The notes beneath the pieces were generated by a model. The model saw only the letters and a list, made by a program, of their open reading frames with translations. It did not search any database and was not told the DNA's origin. The translations under genes and the position numbers were made by a program. A stretch of DNA of 64,000 nucleotides from Calcarisporiella thermophila CBS 279.70 (Eukaryota > Fungi > Calcarisporiellomycota). Location of the stretch: contig NW_027192215.1 in NCBI RefSeq assembly GCF_041956535.1, forward strand, positions 227,208 through 291,207. Direction: 5' to 3'. Positions 24,640-37,972 of this stretch are shown one piece after another (positions within the stretch are counted from its first letter, which is position 1; each line of letters begins with the position of its first letter).

Positions 24640-26182
24640 TATTTGCTCGGTCCTATCGTTATAACCTGCTTATTCAATCGGTTACAGTTGTACTTTTTTT
24701 TCTTTAGCTTAGAGTTTGCTGGGAGAGAAAGGAAGGAAAGACATGAGGAAATTAAGGGGGGGAAAAAATATGAGGAGAAAGGAAAAGAAGAAAGTGAAAA
24801 AGATATCGATTTTATATGCTTTTTTTTCTTTACTCTATGAACCCATTCATACATTTATCTTTCTATATCGACTGCCCTATCCAGATTCTCATTAAGTTTC
24901 TTTATCATTTGATCTACTCTTTTCATACTCTACTGGAGGCGGTTTCCCATATCCTTTACTTATTAGTACATATGTTTCTTTATGCTGAACGATTTCATAC
25001 TTTTTTTTTTCTATCCTATTTTCTATTTGCATTTTACTTTTCACTTTCTCCTCTCGTCCTCGCCTTCTCTGCCTCTCTTCTTCCGTTTCGCACCATTCAT
25101 TTACTATATACATTCGTTGCTATTCACATTTATGTATTGTCCTTTTTTATTGAGCGGGGGGTATCTTCTATACATATTGTTATTATATATCCTTTGTTAT
25201 ATGTATATAATGATTTAACTTTCAAATCGAGCGTCATATCTGTATTGTTTGCTTCTCATTCATTTCTTTCTTTTTTTTCTTACCCTATCCTATAATAAAC
25301 CTCGGATCTCACATTTTGCAGAACACGCGTCGTCTTCTAAATAGTGTATTTTTTGGCCAGGTGGCGAGCCAACGGCAAACCATAGACCAATAGATGTTTC
25401 CGCTGTGTAAATGCTCTCGCCTCCGCCGTTACAACCATAGCCCTCCTTCCTATCCTGCCCGCCGGTGTTTGCAGCCTTGCTTGAGTTCACAGAACTTGGA
25501 CGAGCACGTGCAGCTGTGCTGACGTCAACTCTGAGATGAGGCCTTCTTTCGACGAGAGTCGCGCTCCGCAAAAACCCTAATTTTGGAGGGAGGAGCGAGA
25601 ATTGAAAGCCCGTGTCCACTCTAGCCGAGCGCGTGCAATGTGAAACATATAGCCAAGAAGCGCCTTAAGGGTAAATCACCATAGTGTAACGGTTAGGATT
25701 GCACGAGGCATCAACAATGACAACACGGTGCATAGTCTCAGTTCACAGGATTACGCTTGTGGAAAAAGCGAGGTAGAGGCGAGGGATCGAGACCACCTCA
25801 GCTTTGCCCGACAAGTCTGACTAATTCCCTAATCTGCCCCCCTACAAGCGTTTCCCATCTTTCCAGGTGCAGCAAATTGGTAGGGTGCAGACTTTGTGTG
25901 ACGAGAGGAGTCTTATTAACGATGAATTACAAGGTAATTAAGAAAAATAAATGGCGGATAGAAATCTATTTGGAGAAAAGAGAGAAACCAATCCTGACAA
26001 TGGAATAACTGTCCGAAAGACGCTTGGCAATGTAGAAGAGATCCTGCTCTTAGGCCAGGAGGGTCTAGGCAGGGAGAGGGGACATAAGCTCTCTTCTCGC
26101 AAGAGTTCCAGAACGTAAGGGCCAACGCCAATGCAGTTCTTGATAAAACCTCTGCTTTATTTTACAGAATATTCTGCCATGG

Positions 26183-27107
26183 CTAGGTCTTTTTTCGAAT
26201 GTTTCTACTGCGGCCCTGGCTCCCCGCCTTCCTCTTTTTGAACAGTGCTCCACTCTCCTCGGATTCTCCGCCTGTATTGGCCACCGCACCCTCCCCCTCC
26301 TCCACATTTAATGTCTTCTCGGTGATCTTAAAGTTCCGCAAATCTTCCGGATCCTCATCTTCTTCGTACTCCACATCTGCGACGGGAATGGCGCCTTTCG
26401 TCGCCGGCTTTTCCCTCTCCTTTTGATCGCCACTCTTAGCCGAAGGCTGAGAGGGTGTTTCCACCGCCACCCATTCGCCCGGCTTAGCCTCATCGTTGCC
26501 TATACTGGCCGGAGCTTGCTCTGGTTGTGGCAAGAATGGGTCGACAAAATCTTCCGGCAATTCTTCGTAGGGTTCGTCTGTCGGCTGATGATAGTAGCTG
26601 GACTGTGAATAGATGGAGCCTTTCGTCTTCGAGTATTCTGAGCTATCTACGTCCGATTTGTACTGCTTCATGGCATCCTAATCAGATGGATGGCAAAAAT
26701 AGAAATCCATCAGTTCCCCCCTCTCCCCCTCGTTTCATTTGAGAATCTCACCCTTTCTATCCGCTGTAGCTGCGATTGCATCCATTGTTTCTCTCGCTCC
26801 GCCTCTGCACCGCGGTGATACATATCCCCCAAGAACTTCTCTACATTATTCTTATGAGTTCTTCCGGATTCATGCTGTATTCGGCTCTAGACAATAGTGA
26901 ATAGACAGATTCGATGATTAGATTACGCGGATCAAAGGCGATCAGTAGAATTGCAATTACCGGCTTATTATTTGTTATATACTTGTTGCAATATTTGCAC
27001 CAATATTTTGGTAATGAGACCCATTTATCCGACCTATATTTTGTGTGAGAATAAAGTATTGGATGAGATTGTTCTACATGTCTCCTTTAATTCTTCATTA
27101 CTTACAT
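26183..27107 (-). CDS. U1/matrin-type zinc-finger protein, WBP4/FBP21-like N-terminus
   Basis: Start codon split AT|G. Spliced protein (M)SDKWVSLPKYWCKYCNKYITNNKP|SRIQHESGRTHKNNV..|DAMKQY..EDLRNFKITEK..LFKKRK. Confidence 0.85.
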
Positions 27108-28159
27108 GTCTTTCTTACCAAGACCAAGATTAAACAAGAGTGTGACTGCCAACGCCCAATAACATAATGAGCGGAGATTCTCTTTTCTTGATGAATTTTG
27201 CTTACATTTGGTTAAACTATGGTTGAAAGAGAATCGAGCTCTCCGGCTTTACTCACAGATAGAGCCTAGTGTTATTTTTTTTTTTTTTTTTTTTTACGTG
27301 AGTGCTCTACCACGGATTTAAGAAATGTATCCATTCTCATTTTAAAGCTCTCAACGCCAGTCAATATGAACCAAGATACACATCAACAAAACTGCGAGAA
27401 GTACTCACTATATATAACGATAACAAGGATAGCAAGAGTCATATTTTACTTCGGCTAGCTATTTTTAACCAAATCAGAGCAGCTCTGATAGCCATCCCCA
27501 AGCATAATCATAATCATAATTTGAAGGTGTAAGATTTGGTTGGGTTAAAGATAACGCAAAAAAAGAAAACTAGGTGTATCTAAATTATGACGCTCTTTTT
27601 TGAAAAATAAAGTCCAGAGATAGTGAAGCAAGTTAATTATAGGGTTGTAGGTATGTTTCTCTAAGGACACTTAGTTTCTATTTTTCTATGGGTAAAAACT
27701 GCCGTTCCCAGACGCTAAAGGTTCTTAGGAATTGAACAGCATTTCAACGCGGCCAGCTATTTTCTTCCACCCCTTTTCGGCATTATTCACAGAATCCCAA
27801 AATAACGTGGATGGAATGCAGATCGGTTTGCAATCCCTAGAGAGGTTGATTGAACCTGCTGATCTATTTTCACGCCCTTTGGGACAAAATAAAATAAGTT
27901 CGTCAAACACTGTTAGCAAGGGTTATATAAAATGAGGTTTACCCTGTGTTTATTTATCTTTTTCCCCTGCGTGCCCCTCCTCCTATACGTAAACATATAA
28001 GGTTGCTCCTACGCGTGTAAATACCGTTGAGCAAAAATGGCAATTAATTTGATTTCCGAGATCTTCTGGTCACTTAGACTTTTAAAGCAGTCATGTGTAA
28101 AGTCACGACTTGTTCTTATTATCTAATAGCTCATAATTCCCTTAAATACCTCGTGAAGT

Positions 28160-29552
28160 ATGGAGCGGAGACTGTCATTCATTCGAAAGATGCGCCTTGT
28201 AACAATAGGCCTGGCGATAACATTCATCTTTATCGTCAATGCGATATGGATTCCGAGCATAAAGCGCATTTTTCTGCCCCACGAAGATGGCCAAATGCCG
28301 CTTCCTGAGGGGCGAGCCTTGAGCAATCTTGTGGTCTTCGGGGATAGTTATTCAGGTGCGGGCTCTCCTTCAATCATGAGGCTAAATTTCAAGCCGTTTA
28401 GGCTTATCAAGTCGACTTCTTTCTCTAACAGATCAATACAACAACTACAATGCACTGAATGATCTCGAGGGGTATGTCTCTCCTCCAGTCGGCAGAAACT
28501 CGGGTGGGCGGAATTGGGTGGACTACTTGAATGAAACGCTGCGGAATACAAACATCATCAATCTGGCTTACGGCGGGGCCACCGTGGATGTGGTATGTAC
28601 CACTTATCATTGGACTCTATTATCACTGCTCATCAACACGTACCAACCATTTTTTTTATTCTGGAAAAAGAATTTGATCCCCACGTATGCTCCAGATAAG
28701 TTACCGGGGGTGAAGCAGGAGGTCGATCAATTCTTTTCGCGGTATAGGGATCCTGGCTCGGGTAGATTGCTCTTGGACAATTCAAAGACTCTCTATGTAG
28801 TATGGATAGGGTATTGCTGCTTATTACAGCGAGCTAGTAGGACTTCTTCCTGATATTCCATGGTTTGCTTCTTAGACATAATGACATGATTCGGACCTAC
28901 CCTGTTGTGCCCTGGGGCCGCAAAGTGACGGTGGACGAGATTTCAGACTCTCTCTTTGCCTCTTTGGTGAATTTCTTCGCACTGATATTGCCCTTGGCTC
29001 CTTTACTCATCATTGCCCGCTATAGGGACGACTCTATTCGGCGGGAGCTCGTCACTTTATGCTTCTGGATACAGCGCCCATGGACCGAACCCCGGAATAC
29101 TCCCGCAACGACCAAGTGGAGGCTCTCCGGGCACGAACAAAGCAATTGAACCAGGCGTGGGCCAAAAAGTTCTCCTCTTTTGTCCTCTCTCATCCGCTCG
29201 TCTTATCTGCAGAAATTTTCCCGGCCTACGACCTTGTCGAACAGGCGGCCACTAATGCGACCTTTCGTGCCATCTTAGGAATTAAAGAGGTGTCGCAGCC
29301 TTGTTGCAAAGGTTACAGCGACCTACCTCCTTGTCCTGTCACTCCATGCGCCCGCCCGCTTGAGTAAGTGTGCAATACTTGGGGCCCATATGCGTCCTTT
29401 TTTTTGGTTTTAATGAAATGAATTTTCTCTCTTTTTTTCCCCTATTGAACAGATACTTGTACTGGAACGGGATGCATCCTGGGGCACGTTTCCACCATAT
29501 CCTCTCTAGTGCACTGAAATCAGAATGGGCGTACAGAGGGTGGCAGTTTTAG
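28160..29552 (+). CDS. GDSL/SGNH esterase (carbohydrate esterase CE16-like), multi-exon
   Basis: N-terminal hydrophobic segment; LVVFGDSYS|D, GRNSGGRNWVDYL, NLAYGGATVD, LYVVWIG|HND, YLYWNGMHP. Confidence 0.88.
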
Positions 29553-29793
29553 ATGGGAATTGTATTTTTTTTTTGTAAATTGTACACAACAAGCTTTTTG
29601 GTTACCAATGTAATTTTATTGATACCTTAATTTAAATATTTGATTTACAAAGAGTACATTATTATCTCATCCATTAGACTAGAGTACAAGATAAGCAAGA
29701 TCAACATAGGTGGCGTGCAGATGGGTGTGGGAAGGAGGAAGGGAGGGAAAGAAAATGGTAAAGCCAGGGGAAAATGCTAGATCCGATATCATA

Positions 29794-31221
29794 CTACACC
29801 TGATCCCATATGTCCTCTTCACTCTCGCTTCCGCTGCGGGGTACAATATACGTTAGCAACCACAATGTAAATGACGGAAAACAAGGATCCTTTAATTACC
29901 TAACTGAAGGAGAGGAAGCAACTGGAGGCGGTGCACGCTTTTCGGATAGATTTGCCAGGACACCACGGGACCTAACCTTGTTCTCGCGTAGGGCAAAGGT
30001 CACATCTTGTCCTTGGTCGGATTCTATTCTGGACGAATTCCATTGAATTCGGCCACCGAGTGCAGCAATGGGCCACTGCTTTCGACTAGATTGTAGCCCC
30101 CCTCTCGGACCCATTGAAGTATGCGGGTCCGGGCTTGTCTCAAGAGTGCCGGGTTTTTCGATGGGTTGCTCCTTCTTATCTTGAGCGGATATTGTTGTGA
30201 CAACGGCCGCTTCTGATGCCGGCCCAGCTTCGGGCTCTAATAATGAAGGCGTCGCTGATTCCATATTCCGAATTGGTGCCCGAGTTGCTTCATCGGATAA
30301 AGAGCAAGGTTGTTTGAGCGATTCCTTAGTTTCTGATAGGGGCATTGCTGGTATTTGCGGGGATTTCGCTCCCGCAAAATTGTCAGGTGGGGGAGAGGGA
30401 GAGGGAGAGGGAGAGGGAGAGGGAGAGGGATGCGGGAGAGAGCGTAGCTGAGGTGGAACCAGAGCTGTAATACTTGGCATTGCCTCCTCAATATCTTTTG
30501 GTGCTATTGGAGGATGTCTCGGTATGCTAACCTCGATCATGGGTGGTTGTCCGGTATCGACTACTGCTTGTCCTCTAATCAAGTTTGACAAATTTCCTTG
30601 TAATTCTTGCAACAAGTTCGGCTTCCTATGGGGAATTAGTTGCGCAGTATCCTCAATTTCCATTGCCTCAACAACATTTGAATCTGAAGGGTCTTGTTTC
30701 CCTTGCTGGTCTAATGATTCTAATGTTTCAGTGTGCAGGGCTACAGGCTGTACCTCCGTTTGACCTCCTGGCGAGGCCATGGGTTGCCTGCATTCTTCTA
30801 AGTCAACATCGACCTCATCCACTGGCTGGATCTCCTCCACCATTTTATTATCCCCCACAAGGTGGATCCTTTCTTCGATCGCAGGAGCGTCTTTTCTCTT
30901 TCGCTTTTTCCATTTTACTATGGGGTCCAGCGTTAAGGACTCAAACGACTCATCTAACCAGAGTCAAGATTATTAAGATTTGTACGTGGTAGTGATACAC
31001 AACAGTGACAGAATGGCTTTCCTACCTGCTTTATTGTGGAGCGGCTCTCTCCCCCACGGGGACGCGTCTAACGCGCCTAGGACGCTGGTGCAAACAAGGC
31101 ACAACGATCGGCCCGCCAAGTAATTCTGCTTGTGGCGCTCCACCCGCTGCCGAAAACCCCCATCTCTCCATTGCTCTTCACTCTGTGATGCCTTTGCCAG
31201 GATCCGATGTCGACCCGGCAT
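29794..31221 (-). CDS. Hypothetical low-complexity protein, 3 exons
   Basis: Exon MPGRHR..RQRVERHKQNYLAGRSL..PWGREP splices in frame to ORF 29896-30858 (E/P/S-rich, (PS)n tract), then to a short last exon GSESEEDIWDQV* preceded by GCTAAC..CAG. Confidence 0.6.
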
Positions 31222-31639
31222 CGATTCGCTTTTCAATAAGAACCTGCTTTTGCAAATAGGACGCGTTACTTTAGATTTATTAGTACCGATGACCTCTAAA
31301 ACAAATTCAAGCCACCCAGTGGAATTTGGATCCGGGAAGGAGTTCCATACCAAGGAGGAAGAATTCTAACCATAAACAAAGATGAAGAAGCGTAGGAGAG
31401 AAAAGGATAGCATTAAAATACGTAGGTTTATATATATATATATAAAAGTGGTTGTATAAAAGACAAATATAATCTATATGGGAAAAAGGGGAGAGGGGAG
31501 GGTGAGGGGGAAAGAGTTGCAGGTATTGCAAGGCTATCAATTAAAGTCACTGGTTATTTGAAGAGAGAGAGAGAGAAAGAGGAGTAAGAGAAAGGAGAAT
31601 CATGCCAAAATTAATCGTTATTATCGTTTTTGAGAAACT

Positions 31640-32766
31640 CTAGTTGATGAATGTGCATTCATGGAACACTTTGCCTTCTAGGGTGATGGTGCGATCCCCA
31701 ATGACAATTTCGGCCTTACTGTCGTCGAACCATTGGTACACAAAAGGCTTCGCCACAAAGGCCTGCACCAGCTTGCGCAGGAAGTAGGGGACCTCGGAGA
31801 GCACGTCGATCTTGTCCACGAGCACCGTGGGCCTCTGCTGGATGGTGACGGAGAAGGGGGTGTCGTCGTCCACGCACTTGCCCTTCCACGTGTAGCGCGT
31901 CTCGGTGGGCACATGGTATCCCGTCTCGGCATCGAGCTCCGACTCGACATACTCGACCTCGTTCTCCACCGACACCCCGATCAGCTTGTTGTCCACCACA
32001 ACTGCCCCCTGGTTGACGCGCACGTTGCCGTACTGGGGCGTCGTCTCGAACTGGATCATGCACACGCTCCCCTCCGGGCCCTGCAGATTGACAAAGTTCC
32101 ACTTCGACGCAATCAGATGCGGCATCAGGCCCTGGATGGCGTGCACGAACAGCCCGTCGCCCTCCAGCTCATGCTCTACGCCGTTGTGGACCAGGACGCC
32201 CGTTATCCGGCCCTTGGGCAGGAACTTGTGCGACACAAAGTTGGTGCTGGAGGAGTCACTGCCGAGGAATGTCTTGCCCTCACCGATCTTGAAGCCACGG
32301 TCGATCTTCTCGAATTGGAAGGAGACGAAGGTTTCATTGCCGATCTTGAGACTGACGGTGTAGAGGGTGCCTTCTGGATTGAGCTGGATGGACATGCCAT
32401 CGCAGCTGGCAGAGCGGCGGTCGGGCGAGAGCTTAAAGCCGGATGAGTTCACGGACTTCCACAGGCTGATGCCCTCTCCGAAAAACCGGCAATTGTACTG
32501 GATGGTAGGGTAGAAGATGCTAAGAAGGCAAGAGATGAGGCTGCGGCTGGAATAGAGGGAGTGCCAAACAGGTGATCTCACCCAATGTTCGAATGGAGGA
32601 GCTGAACAAAGCCGAATTTGCCGGTTTTGGTGTAGAAATACCAGGTTTGTGTCTCGGATGACGACCCACCAGCTAATGTCCACTCCAAATCCTTAAGGCT
32701 AAGGTCATTGTAGAGCTGACCGTTGACGAGGTCGCTCGCTTTGAGTACATTAGATGTGGACGCCAT
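31640..32766 (-). CDS. SVF1: Survival factor 1 (Svf1 family), 2 coding exons
   Basis: DLEW..SSETQTWYF..FVQLLHSNIG, GFKIGEG, FVHAIQGLMPHLIASKWNF, DAETGYHVP, KIDVLSEVPYFLRKLVQAFVAKPFVYQW, FHECTFIN. Confidence 0.9.
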
Positions 32767-34038
32767 GCTTGGAAGAGGGGGGAGCCAGATGGAACGAGAG
32801 TCAGTCAGGGCGAATGGACTGGCGCAAAGAAAAGGCCTGGGCTTACCTGATGCGTGTGCTTTTAGAACGAAAATTACCGTTAAACAAAGAAGAAGACAGG
32901 AAATAGAGAAACTTGTTTGTGTCTTGTGATTGCCTAATTCAACCGAAATCACAAGCCACGCAGTCTTGTTGATAATACTCTTCTTTGCCTCACCCTCCCC
33001 AAGGCTGGTTCATAAGGGCCGTTCCCAACACATGAAAAGAAAAGTCTGTTTATTAGGCAACGGGGTTGGGGTCCGTAAGGAGACTTGCCCTATGATATAT
33101 TTTCTCAGACTCTACTGTTACCTGGAGGCTCTAAATTCTAGCCCAAGCAGTTATCCCCAAAATTTATGCTTAATAAACAATATATACTCAGATATGGGAA
33201 ATGCCTCCTCGAATGACGTCTAATGCATTGGGTTGTGATCGCCCCTAGCATTCTCATCTGACTAAGCCACATATTCTTGAAAGTTCCCTCCAAGAGCCGA
33301 TATGCATGGGGGTCAACATGCTGCCTTACAGCTTGACCCAATGCATCATAAGCTTTGTAACTTGCTGTTTATGGCTACACAGTCCATTGTTTTTAGCATG
33401 TCGGTTCAATCCACACATTGGCCCAGGGAGATGGAGGAAAAGAGTAGTCTGGATTTATTATAGAAGAATGCCCGCCCTCGTCTTTGGGATGGAAATATTC
33501 GTCCACAATAAAAGGTCGGCGGCCTCCATAATATTTGAGAATAGATTTGATGGCCCCGCCCTCTCCGATATTTTACTTCAAAGAGACTTGCAGAACTGCT
33601 TATTTGCACCATACCACTCCCCATTCTGGCAAGAGTGATGAGGCCCATTCTATGATTGCATATTGCTACATTAGAAATCCCTATCACTACGAAAACAGCA
33701 TATGGGCGAAGGGGGGGGGCCAGGCTCTAGGAAACTCTGAGTGTGGAGACGGGGCGTGGATGTCATTGTGGGCAGAGCCGTAGACGCCGGATGCAGAGGA
33801 GCTATTATCCCCCCACGAGTCAGAGCAGGAAAAGAGGGCAGCATAGGCGGTTGCAACAGGATTGGCCGGGAGATTAGTATGATTTGATTGCTGTCACACT
33901 TGTTTTGGTAGCAGTGATACAGAACCCTCAATCTGGTTAGAGTTAATTTGAGTGCGCAGTATCGAACACCATTTTGTATTTATATAGGTTTATTTCCTTG
34001 CTAGCCCCTATCCGACCTCACTGTCCTGAGTTGCCGCC

Positions 34039-35854
34039 ATGTCCAACACAAGCGAGTCCAATCCTTCCGACACCTACTCCATCAACTACGAGGATGATCT
34101 TGACGACTCCATGGATCAAGACCCTCCATCTACATCCCCATCCGTCTCTCATCCCACCATACCCTTGCCCGCTGCCCCCAATTTTCGAGGGTCTCCCTCA
34201 TTTGACCCTGCCTCCAAGGCTAGATCTGCCACATCCATCGATGAGCAGGCATTAAGGAAACAAATCATGGCCATCCATGCAGATCCTACCCTGAATGGGA
34301 CCGAGAAGGCACGGAAGATCCAGGATCTTATGTGCGCGGGGTGGCAGGGGAAAATGAAAGAAATGGAGAATGGAGAGAAGCACCAAGAGGGCGAAGCCAG
34401 AGAAGAGGATAAAATTCCTACTTATTCTGTATGATCTGAAATGCTTTGCACCTCTTACGGAGAGAGGGGGTGCTTGAACTAGCTTTACTAATGGATTTTT
34501 AATATCAGGATAAAAAAAATTCTATTCTTGGATGCAAGCATTATCGTCGTGGGGCAAAGCTACAGGCAGACTGTTGTGGACGGTGGTTCACTTGCCGATT
34601 CTGCCACGATGAGGCCACCGACCACGCCATCGTCCGGTAAATACATATAGATTCGAATTAGTCATTGTGTTTCAATCATCATTTACTCTTGAACTCTGGA
34701 TGGTTAAAGCCACAACACCAAGTACATGCTGTGCATGTATTGCCGCACTCCCCAACCCGCCGCGCAGTCCTGTTCAAGCTGCCAGCGTCAGCTTGCGCGT
34801 TATTTTTGCACCAAGTGCAAGCTCTGGGATGATTCCGAAAAGAACATCTACCATTGCGATGCTTGCGGTATTTGCCGCATCGGCCGGGAACAAGAGTATT
34901 TCCACTGCGGGAAATGCAACGCATGTATGCCTGTGAAGATGCGCGGAAACCATCGGTGCATTGAGAGAAACTTGGAGCAAGACTGCCCCATCTGTGGAGA
35001 ATATCTCTTCACGAGTACCTCTACAGTTATATTCATGGTAAACCTCTTCCCCTTTCATTTCTTGGCCCTTCTCACAGAGAGGAGGTGTATGTGCAAAACT
35101 CGTATCTTCGGCCTATGTTGAGTTTTTTTTTTTTATTCTCCTACCTGCAACGTAGCCATGTGGTCACAGCATCCACTATAAATGCCACGAAGAATACATC
35201 CAGTGCGGGAACTATCACTGCCCAACCTGTTTCAAATCCGTGGGCGATATGGAGGCGTATTTCCGCCGCCTGGACGCGGTGATGGCCCAGCAAGAGATGC
35301 CACCCGAGTACCGCGACTACGTGTCCCTTGTGTTCTGTAACGACTGCGAGCAGCGATGTGAGGCACCCTACCACTTCTTGTACCACAAATGCAAAGGCTG
35401 TGGGAGCTATAATGTCAAAGTGCTAAACACGTATAAAAAAGGAGAGGGTAACCATCTGGCCAATGGCACGAATGGGGCCGGTGAGTCAGGAGGCCAGAAC
35501 AATGGAGAAACTTGCGGGGAGAGTGGAAGTACCAGCGCAGGGGCGGGGGCAAGTGCAAATGCCGGGGCCAGCGGTAGCACGACATTCAATGTGAGCGACG
35601 CTGAGAGGTTTCCACAGCGAAACCGGCTCAACGGGGTGGTGAACACAATCGTGTCGATGTTTGAGCGAACCAACCTTTCCCCCGCCGATGCGTCATCGCA
35701 GCCGCAGCAGCAACAGCAGCAGCAACTACAACAGCAACTACAGCAGCAACAGCAACAACAGCCGCAGCAGCAGCAACCCCTCCAGCAGAGGTCAGCGGAG
35801 AATGCATTTTCTAGTGGGGGGGAGAGTGTTAATGAAGACGAAGGCCCGCTCTAA
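34039..35854 (+). CDS. CHY zinc finger / RING-H2 / zinc-ribbon E3 ligase (RCHY1/Pirh2-like), 4 exons
   Basis: GCKHYRR..CCGRWFTCRFCHDE, YFCTKCKLWDD..YHCDACGICRIG, CPICGEYLF..PCGHSIH..CPTC, CNDC..YHFLYHKCKGCGSYN. Confidence 0.93.
35705..35777 (+). repeat. CAG/CAA polyglutamine-coding tract
   Basis: Encodes QQQQQQQLQQQLQQQQQQQPQQQQ in the E3 tail. Confidence 0.9.
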
Positions 35855-36085
35855 ACCCATCCACCTCATTCTCTAGGTGTATTAATTTGTTCCTCTTCTA
35901 TGCTATTATACGAAAGACAATCGTCGTGTTGACAGATATCTTGTTTGCTTTTTATTTTTACATTGTTTTATATATATATAATTGTTTTTTCTCTCCTAAA
36001 AGAGGAGAAAAATAATAAAAACGAAGAAATAAAAAAAGAGAGCAAGAAAGAAATAAGAATAAAAAAAAAACAGCAAAACATTTTT

Positions 36086-37600
36086 CTATCGCGTGGACAA
36101 ACGACATAATTTTCCCTCCCTAAACGTTGGCACAAATACATGATTCCTCAACAATTCCACCGCACACCATGTGTTCGCCAACAGGATCACCAGGCCAGCA
36201 GCCCACAGCTCGACAAATCGATTTTCGCCGAGGAACTCGAGCTTGAACGCTTGAGACAGCCAAAGGGCTTGGGAGGCAGCCCACGCACCTATCAGCAAGA
36301 GGCCGCGGGCGCGGGAAAGGCGAGTGGAGGGTAGAATAAGGGGGAAGAGACAGATGTACCAGAGGAAGTACTAGAGAAGTGGACGATGGTTATTCAAGTC
36401 CAGGAGAAGGAGAGGAATTAAAACAAAGGAAAACACATAGAAACAGAGAGATGAAGGCCATGGTGGATCAACTTACCTGCGCGGTGCACACTTTGTTAAA
36501 CATGACAAATACAAATGTTTGCATGAAGAGTGCGAAGAAGATATCCCGCCCGAAACAGGCCCCGACGAGGATGAAAGAGAGGAGCTGTGGGACAAAACTA
36601 AGCAGGCTCACGACGCGGCTGGCGGAGGAGTTGTAGGTAAGATAGATATAGTAAGCCCAAACGCTAAAGTTGTGGCGATGATCTTTGCGCGTAACGTGGT
36701 AAAGATAGGTTTCTTCCAGAAACTCCCACCCGTAGCTAAATGGGTAGAGGAGAAAGAATGGGATACGCATACATTAGAGCTAATACAGCAGATTCTTTGG
36801 AAATGCTTGTGGGAGAGGGAGAGGGAGGAAGGAAGGGAATGAAAAGGAAAAAGAAAAACGAGGTAATTCTTTGGTACTTACAAATAATACATGGCCCCAG
36901 TCAGAAGAAAGAATACCCCACCACTCACCATCCCGAACCAGACCCGCGTAGGCGTCGCCCATCCTAGTATCCTCCTCCAGACCTCCCGCACATTCCACCA
37001 CTGTATTTTCTTCTCACTTACACGCTCATTCTCGTCCTGCTCGCCGTCGAAATCTCGGTCAAGAAGCACCAGAAAAGACAATGCATAAATTATCGGATAG
37101 ATCTTGAAATGCACTGCCAGCCCGAATAGGATTGCCCCAGCCGTGACGCGCTTATTTAACAAACAGTCCAGGATGGCGAGCACCAAGGCACCAAGTAGGG
37201 CTTCAGCGTTGCCGCGGGTCGAGATATTGGCGACTACGGGGTTGAGGAGCCAAAGGCTTGCATAACCAACCGCACCGTCCACACCGCGTATTTGAAGGAG
37301 GCGCGCAATGAAGACGCCCACCACAATGTCTGCCAGGCTGAAGAGGGCTTTTCCAAATATAGGATGGAGCGTGAGATTGGGCCGTAGGAGGAGAGCCAAC
37401 AAGGGTGTGTAGCGATAGGTGGCGCGTAAATAAGGGGAAGACGAGGTGAGAGTAAAGCGCGCCGCATCAGTGAAGACGTGGTAGTCGATGTCAGTGTACT
37501 TGACCTGGAGATGGGCATCTTGGTACTCGCCCCACACGAGAAGAACGGCACGAAGGAGAAAGGCGAGAAGAATACTGGTCCGGAGATTGAGGGTGAACAT
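36086..37600 (-). CDS. GPI14: GPI mannosyltransferase I (PIG-M), 3 exons
   Basis: VKYTDIDYHVFTDAA, SPYLRATYRYTPLLA, NISTRGNAE, VHFKIYPIIY, YLYHVTRKDHRHNFS, FNKVCTAQ|YFLWY. Confidence 0.96.
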
Positions 37601-37972
37601 TTCACTTCGATCTATAAGGTCATTTAGTCATAAAAATGGAATGAAGGGATCGAGTAGGTCAGGGAGGATTGGGTGGAAACGTGGAAGCGCGTACAGATCA
37701 CGTCTTGCTTTTTAATAGTAATAAAAAATCCAAGCGGAAGACACGAAGAACGGGCACTAGTCACTACGAAATGCACCCGCACACATTAATAATTCAGAGA
37801 GTATATATGTATATATAGACTCCTCTAGCGCGACTTATGCTATGAGCTTCGTGACTTTTCCTCGACGTCATCTGATTCTTCGTCCAATGGGAGTTAACCA
37901 ACTCAATTCCTCCTTTTAATCAAAAGCCCATAGACTTTTCCTGGACCAGAGCGCATTCAAGATCCAAACACG

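Noticed and set aside
24643-25295. Hydrophobic ORFs downstream of the forkhead gene
   Set aside because: T-rich 3' UTR sequence giving F/L/I-rich translations.
25675-25800. tRNA-like A box (tagtgtaacggttaggatt) and B-box-like ggatcgagacc
   Set aside because: No acceptor-stem pairing, a poor D stem and no valid anticodon loop. At most a decayed remnant.
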